NCBI GenBank assembly: GCA_002633005.1
Contig: NMRA01000200.1
Coordinates: forward strand, 641,951-705,950
Source: Phoronis australis
Lineage: Eukaryota; Animalia; Phoronida
DNA: 64,000 bases
Direction of reading: 5' to 3'
Shown: positions 13,124-26,800 of the stretch, piece by piece
Layout of the letters: every line of letters starts with the position of its first letter
How positions within the stretch are numbered: position 1 is the first letter of the stretch
Notes under the pieces: model-generated
Seen by the model: the letters and a program-made list of their open reading frames with translations, nothing else
What the model was told of the DNA's origin: nothing
Databases searched by the model: none
Translations under genes and position numbers: made by a program

Positions 13124-16100
13124 GTTATGTCGCTGTGACACATAAATTGCCCACACATCACTCATAACATAATTCTTGTGTCGTTTTATTTGCTCCCAAT
13201 ATCTACAAAATCACGTGATAAGAGATATGACAAAGCAATTATGCAACAAATGAACTATTGGCCTTTTGTAGCATTTTTTCTTTTTCATTGCCAGAAAAGC
13301 GTATTTTGCTGAATGATTTATAGCGGGTATTAACTTGTGCACCGTCCAAGAACACAACTTTTAATTTAGACCACATTAACTGCTTTAGAATCGGTCTCAA
13401 ATGGAAAATGATTTCTGGACTGAGTGGAGGCAGTCGATGTAATGCGGACAGTGGAGGAAATGCCGCTGAGATAGGCCTTTTCCAAATGTCTGGTATGGAT
13501 TTACGTCAACATTGCCAGGTAGCTTATTTCAAATTGTTAATGAAATTAGCTTTTAGCGGGTATAGAGGTTTTTGAATTTGAGGTCCCCGCCTGAACTAGA
13601 AACTACCTATCATAGTCTATCTCCAGACATCCCTCGGAAGTAGTGGGATGGGGGAGGAGAGGATGGAAAGGGGGAGGGAAGAGGAGAGGATGGAAAGGGG
13701 GAGGGGAGAATAGGAGAGAACATCAGCGTGACGACAGAGAGTAGGAAGATATTACAGTCCCCAGACTTCTAGCTTAGGGGCCCCAAGGCTCTTAATCTGA
13801 AACTGTACGTATCGAACAGTGAAACTTAACACATTAACTGCAATCTCCACAAATAAAACGTTTTATGTCAAAATATAATATCAATGAAGTGACAAATTTG
13901 GATTGAAAACATAAGAAGAGTATGCTGCCCATACAATGTAAATAAAATTTGGTTATGTCTGTAAACATCACACTGTTAACGCGCTCTCATAGCGCGTTTC
14001 TTGCTTCGAGCACATTACATAATTTTGTTGTCATGGAAAATAAAAAAACGCAACAAGATATCGTCAGAAAAACACCAGGTGCTTTATTAAGCTCTGTATG
14101 TTCTGCTGAAACAAATTTCAATATAAACTGCTGAAAGTAACGTCCTGTGTATAAAATCTTTTTTAAAGATATTCGTATAATTGAAAGTATGAGAAGTCAT
14201 TACAGGCTAGTTTTAACATGCTTTGCAAAAGAAAGGATCAAGTTCGTGAATCCACAGTCGGGTATCGTTTGTCCACCGCTGTATGGGGTCCGTCAGTATG
14301 GTTACTAATAAACAATCGATGCACAACCAATAAAAGGATGACGCAATACTGTGATTAGAAATGCAATCTCTCTGACATGAAAGTTGCGTGAATTAGCCAC
14401 TAAAACTTTCAGCAACACACAAAAATCCTCCACTTCTGTGCCACGAGGTTTCCAGAAATCACACTCATTTAGAACCAGGAACTAAGTGTTGAACTAATTT
14501 GAAATAGCTGGCTCAATTTTGAAGGTTTATTGATTTAAAAGTAGTTATCATATCATAGAGCTGCCTAAGTTAGTGCATCTGTGTGGATGCTATTATGTAC
14601 GGTCCTAAAAATGTACAAATTTGGCTCAATTTCTGAGCATCATATCTCAGAAATGATTGATCGAATTCACAAACTATGCCACTGTTCAACACCCTAAGAC
14701 TTGTTTTTCAAATGTTCTTTTTCACATGAGAGGCAATAAAACAGGACTTTTTAATACGTAAAACAAAAACAAAACGATAATTCAGAAAACAGTAAAAGCG
14801 TTTTTTAAGATTTTATCCTGAGCATTTATAGCACATGGAATTTAATCATGTTATTGAAACCGTTCCTTTCTTTTTAGCTGAATTCTACTAAAAGACACCG
14901 TCACAGGATGACAGATTGTAAAAAAATGAAAAAGTATAACCCAATTCTACAGCCCTTCTTCTTTCAGAAAATCAACACTTCTGCTGAGTTAAAAACTACG
15001 TGTAGAAATTTGTCAACAACCGTAATCTCGATTTTCTCCATTGGCAAATTGTAGCAGCTATTTACTGTCGCTGCAAATTTTACTATTTGGTGCAAAACAG
15101 ACTTGGTTTTTAATTGTAGTTAAAATTTTCAGTTTCTGTAACCAAGGAATTCTTATTGTATTGTGGAGAATAGGTAAAAGCAAATTCATTTAATAAACAT
15201 TGAATGCAAGTTAAATAATCGTCAGTATACACAAGTATCGCGAATAATGAATAAATAGCGGAAAAAATAATTACACGCTCATCGATGATTCTTTATTATA
15301 AAAAATGGTAAATTTTAATTACTCGCCCAATTGCTTTCATGGCACGGATTTTTTTTAGAAAAATTTGTTGCAGATCAATTTCTATATTTTACTGTTTAAG
15401 AAGTAAAAAAAGAAATTCGCGTTTAAATATTCAGACGAAGGCCATGTGACTGAAATCGTGAACCACCCATTTTGCGTAGGCTATTTTAGCAAATTTTTTT
15501 TCATGAAACAATTTTCTCTTACAGCACGACAAAATCCCAAAAACGTTATATCAAATTGTGGGGAATTTCCTACTGAACATAAAGTGTATTTCCCAGTTTG
15601 TTAGTTATTAGGAGCAAAGGCAGATTTTACATTTTCTTTTTGAGTAGTCTTATTCTTAGTGTTCAGTAGGCAATCAACTGTAAATGCTTTGAAGCATGGA
15701 CTACTTCAAATCTGGGGGGGGGGCTATTTTGTTGTTTTGGGGACAAACTTTCCATATTGACTTAGAAAACAGCAATGAAATTTTGAGTTTATGTTGAACG
15801 GGATAGGCTTATTGAAATTATTAGCTTTGACGATAAAATAATGAAATTAAATAATAAAATAATATTTGCTGTATTCATGTGATTTTATCACAAATTGCCA
15901 TTTCTCGACGTTTTCTGCCGGACATTCACTGAAACCAAGGCCGGTGACTTGACCAGTTAAATAGGCTTGGAGAGTGGGATTTAGCTCAACCAGCAGAGCG
16001 TATAGTTGAGACGTGAGAGTTTCAGACTCGATTGCGGATGGTTTCAGAAAGAAAAAAAAAGATTTTTCTCTCCGATAATGTCACTATAACTTCCATCATA

Positions 16101-17551
16101 TTCAGCCGATTTAACAGCTCGCTTTTTGCACGAAATTTCATTCACGTCATACCTCAGCAATATCGTGTAGTAGGCGCCCGAAAGTTTACTTTATGTGCAC
16201 AAGTGATGACTTTATAAGCTTGTAAAATTACTTGCTACGTAATCATTACAACGGAGTCAGGAATAAGTACTAAGTACTGTACCAAGATCATTTTGGTGAT
16301 ATCAGAGCAGACTGATTCATCACCTGTTATTGCACAATGTGTACATTTAGCAAACGATAAAACCAAAGCCTTAAACAGTCCCTCAGTACGCCTTAAGTGG
16401 ACTCTGTGACTCGAGCGGTCATTTTACTGTACCATAATGGAAAATGACCACCGTATATGGCCGTACTTAGATCCATGTGCCTTTGTGTGAATCTTCGCTG
16501 ATTTCCGTAACTAGGCGCTTGTACCAACCCTAGGAGTAGTATAAGTATATAAAATATCTGAGTGAGACTTTGCATAAAATGGTAGCCTTTGGCTGTTCTC
16601 AACTAAACAATAGCTATTAAATGGAAAGTATTAAGAATGGACAAAACAGACAAACAGCAACCCCTTTAATATTTCCACATATGCCGCTAATAGTCGTCTG
16701 CCGCGCCTATATGTGAAGCTTAGGCTATCTGCGAAACGCAAAAACTTCCGTAGACAGGCTCATTTTTATTGCGTCGTCTGCGGCCCATAAAACAACTTAT
16801 CAATCGACAAATGGTACAAATCAGATTCAGCACAAAACAGGAGCAAATTAGTAACTTTTTGTTTAAAGCGGCATCAAACCAGTGTGCTTTCTGTCGAAAC
16901 ACAATTTTTGATTTAGACAACTTGCTGTTATGAAATTGGTCTCAAATTGTTGCTTAGTCAAGTTAGATGTGATTTCAGGACTTCGGAAGAACTGACAATA
17001 ATGCTTGGCACCAAGCTCATAAAGTTTCAAGTCACGCCCTGACCTGAAAGTTTACGCACTTGGTCTGAAGAAATAACGACTGTGGATCCTTGTCAAGCCC
17101 AGAGATCAAAGCACGGGTAAGGAATATCACTAAGCCAATTTTATAGAAAGTAAGTGGACTGAATCAAAACTTGATTTTCGGCAGAAAGTCCTGGTTTAAT
17201 GTTGCTTTAAAGCAGTGTGTACATTGGAGAACCACAGGCCAGTCCTAATCATGTGGATCGCATATTTGTCAATAACTCAAGTTGTTGACGAAGATTTGAG
17301 ATGATCATCCTTTCATCCTATCAATAATTAATGACTTTGTCTCAATTGAGAGACTGTGAAATACCTTCACTTAGCATACCATCATTACTAATTCATTGCA
17401 CGGCTGAAGTAGCTGTGAGATTGTGAACTGATTCTCTTGAGATTAGCATTAATATGTTAACAGTACTTTCTTTTGGTTTTTCGTTCAACTCTTTTCTCCG
17501 TGGATTAAAACTAGAAATAAGCATATCTTATTGAAAGAAGCAACTTCAAGG

Positions 17552-17885
17552 ATGTCTTTAGTGTCTTTGATTTGGACTGCCTGTATTATTATAAACCTTT
17601 TAGTCCTGTCTTCCGCCCAGTCTAGATGCTATTATTTCACCGAAGAACTACCCGATCCTTGTGACAAGATGAATTGTGATGTAGCGGGTGCTCTGTGCGA
17701 GCGTTCCATGGACGGCAAGGCCGCTCGCTGTGTATGTCCCAAACACTGCGAGTCGTTCGGAGATCACACTGAAGCAGGACCAGTCTGTGGCTCGGACGGA
17801 CGAGATTACGACAACATTTGTGAACTCAGGAAGTTGAAGTGTGAACAACTTAAAAATATCACTCTCAAATACAAGGGCAAATGTG
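17552..17885 (+). CDS. AGRN: Agrin coding exon 1: signal peptide + FS1
   Basis: [24 protein letters not shown] hydrophobic leader, then [12 protein letters not shown]...[16 protein letters not shown]...YKGKC; donor G|GTAAG (phase 1); possible acceptor CTAG at 17511-17514. Confidence 0.92.
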
Positions 17886-20800
17886 GTAAGTTGGTTGATC
17901 TTTTCGTGGAAATGTTTGATGCTCTGTTCTTCGGAAGATAGTGCATTTGGTTTTTAGCAGGGTAAGCTAGGAGTTTGACAGTGCTTATTGGGGGTTGATC
18001 ATACTTTTTGCACAATAGGAGATATCCTAGCAGATTATGAGTAGATCTACTAAAATACGTTTGTTTAATATATAGACTATTGCTACAGGACGACTGTCAC
18101 GTATTAACTCCGAGTCGGATGCCAGTCGTTGCGAATTTTAGGTAGTTTTCGCACTCTATTGGAATTCGAGTAACAAAAAAGCTTTTGACTAGTTTATTGC
18201 AAGAGTTTGCTGTAAATAAATCAAGTTTTGTATAGTCATTTCTAGCTAATTAATTTATGCATTTCTGATAAGTCTCTGACAGTCGGCAAGTTTCATGGGG
18301 ATCTCATCTGCTTTTATTAAATAGTATTTTATTAGATATTACACAGAGGATTTGATTCATTTGCAGTTTAAAGCGAATTATCTTTCCAGCCAACGCATGC
18401 AGCTCTGTGTTGAATGAACAACCAATGCAATAGACATTTTAAAGAAGTCAGAAAAATTTTAATTTTTATTCATGGACTGTTCGTATAAACTGTACCCAGA
18501 ACTTAAAATGTGGGCAATCTCATTACTCCTGTTCATTGCTTTCAAAGATTGCCAATTAGTAGTCAAGAACTCCTAGTTATAGGCTGTGATTTGATTGCTA
18601 TACAGACGTGTGTCTGTGATTGCTGAACGAGAAAGAACAATTTTAGTACCTTTCCATATATGTGTGCGTATGCCTCTCAATTAAAAAATGACACTCTATG
18701 CAATTTGAGTGATGTGTCTACCAAAACTAAAACAGCACTCAACTTGAAGTAAATGATCGAAGAACAAAATAATTGAAAATAGCTAATTGACATTCTAAAT
18801 TCATCATCAAATGCTGATAGTGACCTTAAAACGTGAATCGCAAAACTACGACAATGAGAACCAAAATTGAAAAGGGTAGTTCCATTGGTGTTAGTTCTGT
18901 TTTAGTTGAAAGAACGGTGTAATAGCCGATAATGACTAGGAGCTAATGAGCTGAGCGGAACAAACTCCGAGGCACTCATTCTATACATTTTCCGTCAATT
19001 TCCGTTTGCCGATATCGCGTCATATTACATATAAAAGTTGGTACGCAAACCACACTTGGGAATATTTCCAACTGTTAAATGGAGTATCACACCGACGTCT
19101 TGGCACGGAATGTTCGTATGAAGATTTACCGTTCGTTTCATGCAGAATCGTGCTAAATCTTGGACTTTGTACACTTCAAAATAGTCAATAATCCGATAGT
19201 CCACTCTCTGATTGGGTTGTTATTCAAACATTTCTCTGTTGTGCATGAACTTGATTTCAAGATCACATATGCGTGAACGTTAATTCAACCAACCTTCTGT
19301 CTTGTAATCACTGCTACATGATCAATAACAGTGATAAGAGATTACCTGTGACATGACCTGTAGCATATAGGGTCATTGATGATGTGCTGATCATCTTCCC
19401 ATAGCTCCAGTCTGACTCAATGTACCCATAAACTAATAAGTATCTATGATGTACCTGGGTTGATGTTGTTCGAGAGGAGCTGTTTTTCAACTTTCTGTGG
19501 ACATCTTTGAATTGACTTGTAGTAGAGATACCAAAATTCAAAAGATTACCATCAGCATGAACTTTTTCACAATGTTGTTTGCGGTGGACTACTTCGCCCG
19601 GGTTTAATTTTTTTACTAGAAATCGAACTCGAGATAATTTTTGGCACTTTGTATTATGTTTTTGTGCAAACTGAAGCTACGCGTGTAGGTTGTTCTATGC
19701 TCGAGTACATATCGGCCTACGTGAATAACGGTTTAATTTAATTTTGCACTTGATGACCCCAGCATTAAGGTTAAAAGTTCGAGCCTGAACTCACAACGTT
19801 TTTTTCGCGAAATCGCGAGATTTTACTCGAAATCATTGTTAATAAAATCGCATAAACCAGTAGAATAGAAAATGCCAAAAACAATTTCCACTTAAAAGAT
19901 TGAAAGGCATAACCAGTCAGCGTTGTTGTAATCAGCAACCAGCATGATTGCTGTCCACTGAAAAAACTAATCAGTTGCAGTCGTCTTCACATCCAAGGTT
20001 TCAAAACAATGGCGATAGTGAGCCTCTGTAGTCCTTTTCTGATCATTCTCTTGCATGTCATGATTAACAACGACATTGGCTGCTTGTCGACGTCATCCCT
20101 TCAAAACCAGTCAGTAACTGTAGCAATTTAGTGTTCGTCAATCAGATAAACAATGACACTTTCGGGAAAAATTCTCCAGTTTTGACAGTGAAAATATAAT
20201 TACTTTGCTCAATGCCGGAGCTTGCCCCAAATTTAGAAATAGGCCATTTTAGCCGTCCCAAATTCAGGAATCACTGTGAAGATGGCAAAATTAATCATGT
20301 CGCAAATCCTGGAATTTATGTGGTACAATACACACTAGCCATGTTTCAGTTTGCCTAACACGTAACCAGTCAGAAACATCGCCGACTTTGGGCATGAATG
20401 ATTTCAAACCGCGATTTTAAACCAAAAAAGTTTTATCAACAAAATAGTGTTCAGTATCGCTACACGGAAATATCTCACGTAATCTCGAAAAGTCTTGCTT
20501 TTAGCGAGGTCCTAACGTTACTGAACTCTACCCAGGTAAAGCAGACTTAGAAGAACTAAACATATTGAACTGCCGCGTAGATCTGTGATAGTTATCGATT
20601 GTTTTAATCACTATTTAGGGCGAATTAAGAATTAAACCCATGATAAAACGTCACAGAACAGTGATGTTTCTATTAATTTTTAAAACGACCAACTTACCAC
20701 TTTTTGGAGGAAAAACATATTTATTTTTCGAGTAAGATGTCCTGATTATCCAAAAACAATATCCCTGACGATCTCACACTCCAGAAAACTGATTCGTCCA

Positions 20801-23800
20801 GACTCTTGAAAAGGACCACTAGATGCTCCTGTGTTTTCGCAGCTCTCGAATCATTTATAGATGACAAAGCGAACCCCCATGCCGTCGTACATAGGATATT
20901 GGACGTTTTAGACTTCATATTTTACAGTATTGCGTTCTATCCCACGGGAACCACAATAATTGTGGACTCCTTCAACAGTTGGCTGTCTCTTGATAAATAC
21001 ACTGTGTGCTTTAGACACTATATGCGCATATTCTTTCAGAAATCGCCACAGAAACGTAGTTGAAAAGCACTGATTTCTGATGCTATTCACCACCTAGTGA
21101 ATTTAGAGTCCTCGATTATGTTGACGAAATTTATGTGCCGACAAACCGTGTTAGCTTTATTACCTGGCCGCCTGCAGCGTGAGTTCGACTTATTGCGTTT
21201 ATCAGAATCGATGGATCAATTTTCGAATGGATGTTTCAATCTCCAAATAAGAATATCTCATTCAGTTTCGTGTGTAAATAATAACTGATTGAATCTATGA
21301 TTTTCCAGTCATAATAAAAGATATTTCCACAAATGTGATTGGACGGATTACATAATGTTAGTCTTTGATCGCACACTGAGACTTTATTTCACCAAGATAT
21401 TTCTGGAAAATCTTGGAACGTGAAATTGCGTTTGGCGACTTGAACAACTTAAATTCGAAGTCGCGTTTTTCAAGTCAGGCTCGGATTGAAGTCACCACCA
21501 ACAATTTTATGTTATCTTTGTCGAGTAGGTTTTCACCAAATCGGACGCTACGTGGAATCTTTTAACGGCTTATGCTCAAGTCGGTGGACATCAATTGTAG
21601 GCTTTGTATTGCCTGACTAATATCTTGTTTAATTTGCTTATTTAGTTAAAAAGAATCGGAAGGAAATTCAAACTGAGTGCCAACTGCAAAAGAATCCTGA
21701 GGAATTCAAGCTGAAAGTAGCTACTCGAACACAGTCCATAGATCGCAAATGAGTTGCATGTCAAATTGACGTGACAACTAAGGAAGTTGTTCTGACGAAA
21801 TTCTGGCAAAATCATTCACCCTGTTTGATTATTGTGGCGGCCATTTTAATATTTACTACGTGTGATATATTTTATAGCGTTTTTAAAAATCATTGCGTTC
21901 ATGTTGGTTTTGACACGAATATCACTTTTCCTTGCAATAATCAAACAAATCAAGTAACTATACTTATGATGAGATTCTGGAGGCCATTTTGAAATGCAAA
22001 ATGACTGCACACATTGAAAAGTTCTTATATGAAATCGTTGTGGCTCATAGGGTATGATTTGACATAAAAATACACGAATTTGTATACCAAACCAAACCAA
22101 AAGATATACGGTGTCAATATCGCACTTTTGAAATCTAAATGGCGACTAGTTACTGTGCTTATAGCGATCGGTACGAGCTGAATTCAACCGTGATTCAAAA
22201 AAATTAGTGAGTGTCACCTTGATTTGTCACTACGGTGGCACTGTGCAGGTTTTAGTTACTACTATAGGTTGAGTGAATCTGGTTTGTTTGTAATTGTCAA
22301 CCTGTTGGGAATGAGAAAAGTCTATTAACTAAACTTTAAATAATTTTTTTCAAAACGTGGAGATCTTGTACCATTTTTGAATCACTGCGTAACCCTCAAA
22401 CAACTCAGAATTGCACAAATCTAGTAATAGATGACATTACCTTCAAACCACATTTTAAGACACCGCAAGAAATACGCTTTCATAATCTAGCATTGGCTTA
22501 TATCTAGCGGTGACAGAGAAGTGGTAGTTTTTGGACCGAAAACTGCCAATTTTACGTTCTTGAAACCTTTTTTGGATTCTCGCTTCGTTTTTCGTTGGAA
22601 GAAGGTACAAATATAGGAGACAGAATAAAGTTTCTGTGGTCATGCGTAGTGGTTTTGATGTGAAAGGACTCACAACTTTTCTTTTTTGTTCATGCAGTTT
22701 CCGACAGAGTGAAAGAAAGACATCAAGTCTAGTGACGTGTGTACTGCCAGGCAAACCCAGTGAGAACTTCACAGTGCCTTCTACGCCGAATAATTTGCTG
22801 CGTTTTAAAATTTAATCGTTGAACCTTCGAGTCCAAATTACATGCATTTGGGTATGCAGTTGTGTACACGTGCATCGTGAAGGTTATTTATCAAAGTATT
22901 TTGAATGTACATTAGGTGTGAGACAAAGTCGCCAACTCTCACCCATTTCACCTAAATCACCTGCAGTGAGAATTGAAAAGGGTTGATGGTAGTCTAGTAA
23001 ATGTTGAACCATCGAACTTATAAAAGGTTATCGTTCGCTGACTATCTAGTGATGTTTGCTACCTCTGTAAACTTAATACAGAAACTAATCAGCCAGTTAT
23101 AAAGCTACTGACGGAAAGGAAATAAGACTGAAACGAAAATAACAATATCTTGCAAATGCGACTTTACGGAAAATGATTTTTAAATGTTAACAGAATAGAG
23201 GTAACACCAAGGTACTCTTATTCAGGCATACAATTTACAGTCAAAGGTATCCTGACAACTACTCAAAAAACATAGATGGCTGAAAAATCTTACAGGCATT
23301 ACTCGGGCTAAGAGACACTTGAGAACTTTTTGCTTTGTGGCAATTACACTTTGGTTGTAAATATTCGGCGCTAAATTATTACCAATCCTCATGTTCATTG
23401 AACGCTTGTGAGATAGGGACTTTCATGTAAGCAAGGATGCAGAATTGGTGCGTAAATAATTCTGTAAATTTTCATTAGTTCTACCGACGCAAACATCCAA
23501 TATGACCGCTCGTGGAGAATTAGATGGATTGCCAGTCCTAGTTGATAGACTAATTCGGATAATTGAATTGTTAAGTTACCACAAAATAGATACGTCAAAA
23601 CATGTTATGCTATGCAGTTTGAATTCGCTGAGAATGGCAGAGTTAGCCGGGGTTTAAAGAGAAAATACTTTTCGTGCTCTTCTAGTTTTGGGATTGTTGT
23701 CCTCTCAACAGAACAAGCCACGAGAAAGGGAAGGAGAAGTTATCAAAAGCAAGAATGGTCGCTTGGCGTCGCTTTGATCCCCGTTACTTCAAAGTGATAT

Positions 23801-26800
23801 CATACTTTTTTCGTCTGCCGTAATACAATAATCTGACCGGGTCTAAGTAAAATAATACTCTAGTGTTGTCAAAGTAAATGAGATTGTCTGTGAATGAATT
23901 TCCAAGTTTTCTCTACATTCCTTCACAGCGCCCCCATGTGCTAACAATGGCGCTGCAATCGCCAACGCTACGACACCAACAAGAATTTCTAGTGTGGATG
24001 CCACTGCATTTGTGCAAATTCAAATTTCTCCTGTTGCCCGTGGCGGTAAAACACCTACCAGTTTCGCGACCATTCTCAGCAAACGCCATCACGCAGATAT
24101 TAAATAAGTTGAGGAACACGTCTCCTTTTATACACGTCATCACAAACCGCATCGACAGTGCACCTGCATATTTCAACAATTCTTCGTCCCCGTCTCTCTT
24201 GCTTTTATTTCATTTCATAGACAAAAAAGACTTTAGATTTAGATGCTTATTTTTAGAACATTCCCGATTACCCAGCCAGTTGCAAATTTGCATGCTGTGA
24301 TGTCACACTATTTGCATGAACCAATGAGACACTGCGTTGGATTTGACATTGAAAATGCCTTTGACTCGGGGAATGAAGACACTTAAAGTGTTGCATATAA
24401 ACGGGACACTAATTAATTCTCCCCAGAGCTAACAGCCGTAATCACTCAATACTAATACCTTTTCTTTAGGTTTTAACCATATTTGACCTTTGCAGACCCT
24501 TGCGGGAATAAGACATGCTCCTACTCCCAAACATGCCAGCTTGACAACGCCCGAAATGCTGTGTGTGAGTGTGACATGAACTCGTGTCCTGAAGACATCA
24601 GAGAAGTATGTGGTAACAACGGTAGGACATACAGCAATGAATGTTTCATGAGGATTGACGGATGCAAGAACAGAAAAACATACCGTGTTCTACATGAAGG
24701 ACCATGCAATGGCAGTAAGTAATATGTGTCTTGCTTTTGGAAGGCATGTCCCAGCTGAAGTATTCACAGGTATTCAATTATTAAAATAACAGACAGAATA
24801 CGTGTCGAAGGCCACCTTGTTTCTTACGATAGTGGATAGCTAAAAGAGCAGTCAATTTATTTCTCAACGCTGCCAGCTAGGTTAACCTTATGAGTTTTAT
24901 CAAGAAACGTAAATTATTACTATTCAAAATTTCATTTCGCAAATATGGAACAAGATATAAGCGAGTAAGTCTGAACTTTGCTACAGTTCATTAAACTTGT
25001 TATTAATACTTGCCTTCACTGACAAAATAATATTTCCAGTTATACTACTCTTATAAAATGGACTCAATTTGTTAGATCGTTCTGTTAGAGATCTATCTCA
25101 ATAAGTCGCCTCGGGTTGATCTTACTGAACATTCAAGTTATGCTGCCGACCATGGTCTCAAGCACGTTCAACATATGTCAGTCCTTCTGATGCCCATAGG
25201 ACGTGTTTCATAAAAAGTGACTTTGAAGATTTGCTCTCCGTACGACTATTTCTAAAAAAATTAAATCTCATTTTAGCAAAAGTGCAAAGAATTTCTGTTG
25301 CTTAGATAATTTCTATTCATAGGAATCTATTTTCACTGGGTTACTATGCTACGAGCTACGTTATATAGAGTAAAATGAGACGTGTGGTCAGAATGTCACG
25401 TTTTTCCCCGTGTGTGGGTGGGCGCAGGGTGTTACAGACCGGTGCTAATAGCTTTCGGTGCGAAGATTGACTGAAGACTGGTTCGAGTTAATCCTTTATT
25501 AATCCCGACCGTACGTTCGCAAGCCTACTCAAACAAAACGTCCGACGTAATGTCTGTTTATGTTCCAGCCAGTGCTGCGAAGCCTTGACTTGTATTGCTC
25601 TCTATTGACAAACGCTATAACTGCTGATTCTATTCACTGTAACTCAACTGTAGTTCTCCTGATTAACTTTCTTGAACTTACTTGATCTTCTCTTGATCTC
25701 CCGACTTGATCTCACTGACTTAATCTTCTTGGACTCAAGTAACTAACACAAACCCGTGCTTGTGTATTTATAGCCTAATGCATTGTTCTAGAACTTTTCA
25801 TCAATTCAAACACATACCAGAACTTTCTGGAACCTACCCAATCATTCTACAAACATGTACTAATCTCTAGAATATTCCAGACTGCATCAATCACTGTCAT
25901 GCTAGAGTCTTCTAGAAAGTTCCACACTATACTGTAGTAAACAAATTACATCATCACTGTTCTGACCTTAGTCTTCTAGAAAATTCCACACTATTTTGTA
26001 GTAAACAAATTAACTCAGGGGTCATGCCAATCAAACAGAATAACAAAACAAAACAATACAACTAAAAATACTGTCAGACTATATTCTGACACAGAAAATG
26101 CCATTAATTGTGACGTCAATAAAAATTAAAATAGAAATTAAGACTCTGCAAGATGCGTATAACGAAAAAACGCCGGGGCGTGTGCAAATATGGCGCCCTG
26201 ACTAGAATGACACAACGAAAAAGGAATAGAACGAATAGAAATAGATATGTGATAAGAAAGACCAGAAAAGAACTGGAACATAAGTGAAAATACTACTGGG
26301 AATAAAACTGTGTGATCGGCCAAACAGAAAACAATAAAGGATAAAAAGGACATTTAGCGAAAAGAAATAATTCCGGGATGGGGGTAGTGTGGGTGTCGAA
26401 CAGCGAAATGCGTGTCGAGTTCAGTAGTACAGAGACAATATCGTAACAAAAGAATGAGAACTGATCAATGAGGAACGAGTGTGGTTGGTGTATTAACACG
26501 AAAGTAGTGCAGTGCAAAAATAAAAACCTAAAAAAGAAAATTAACAACGTAACTAAGTTTATCACGATAAAGTTTATTGATAGGAATCTTTTTTTGCCTG
26601 GGAGGTACTACGAGCTACGTTGTAGAGTACAACAAGAAATGGGCGGTCGAAATATAATTTACTATGACGTAAATGAAAACTAAAATATAAACAAAGACTT
26701 TCCAAGATGAACATAAATAAGGAAAAAAGGTCGTGACAACGTTATAAGAATGCTGTCATAACCCATCCGAGGAAGCAAATCCAGGCAACTACAGAACAAG

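Noticed and set aside
15977-16040. tRNA gene
   Set aside because: Only a degenerate A-box-like start; no intact cloverleaf or B box; at best a SINE relic.
16900-17116. 5' non-coding exon and promoter of agrin (donor-like CGG|GTAAGG at 17117)
   Set aside because: Plausible but untestable from sequence alone; the TSS cannot be placed.
20721-21093. Possible antisense TIR-domain or other coding fragment
   Set aside because: It looks vaguely protein-like, but I could not place diagnostic motifs and the frames are broken.
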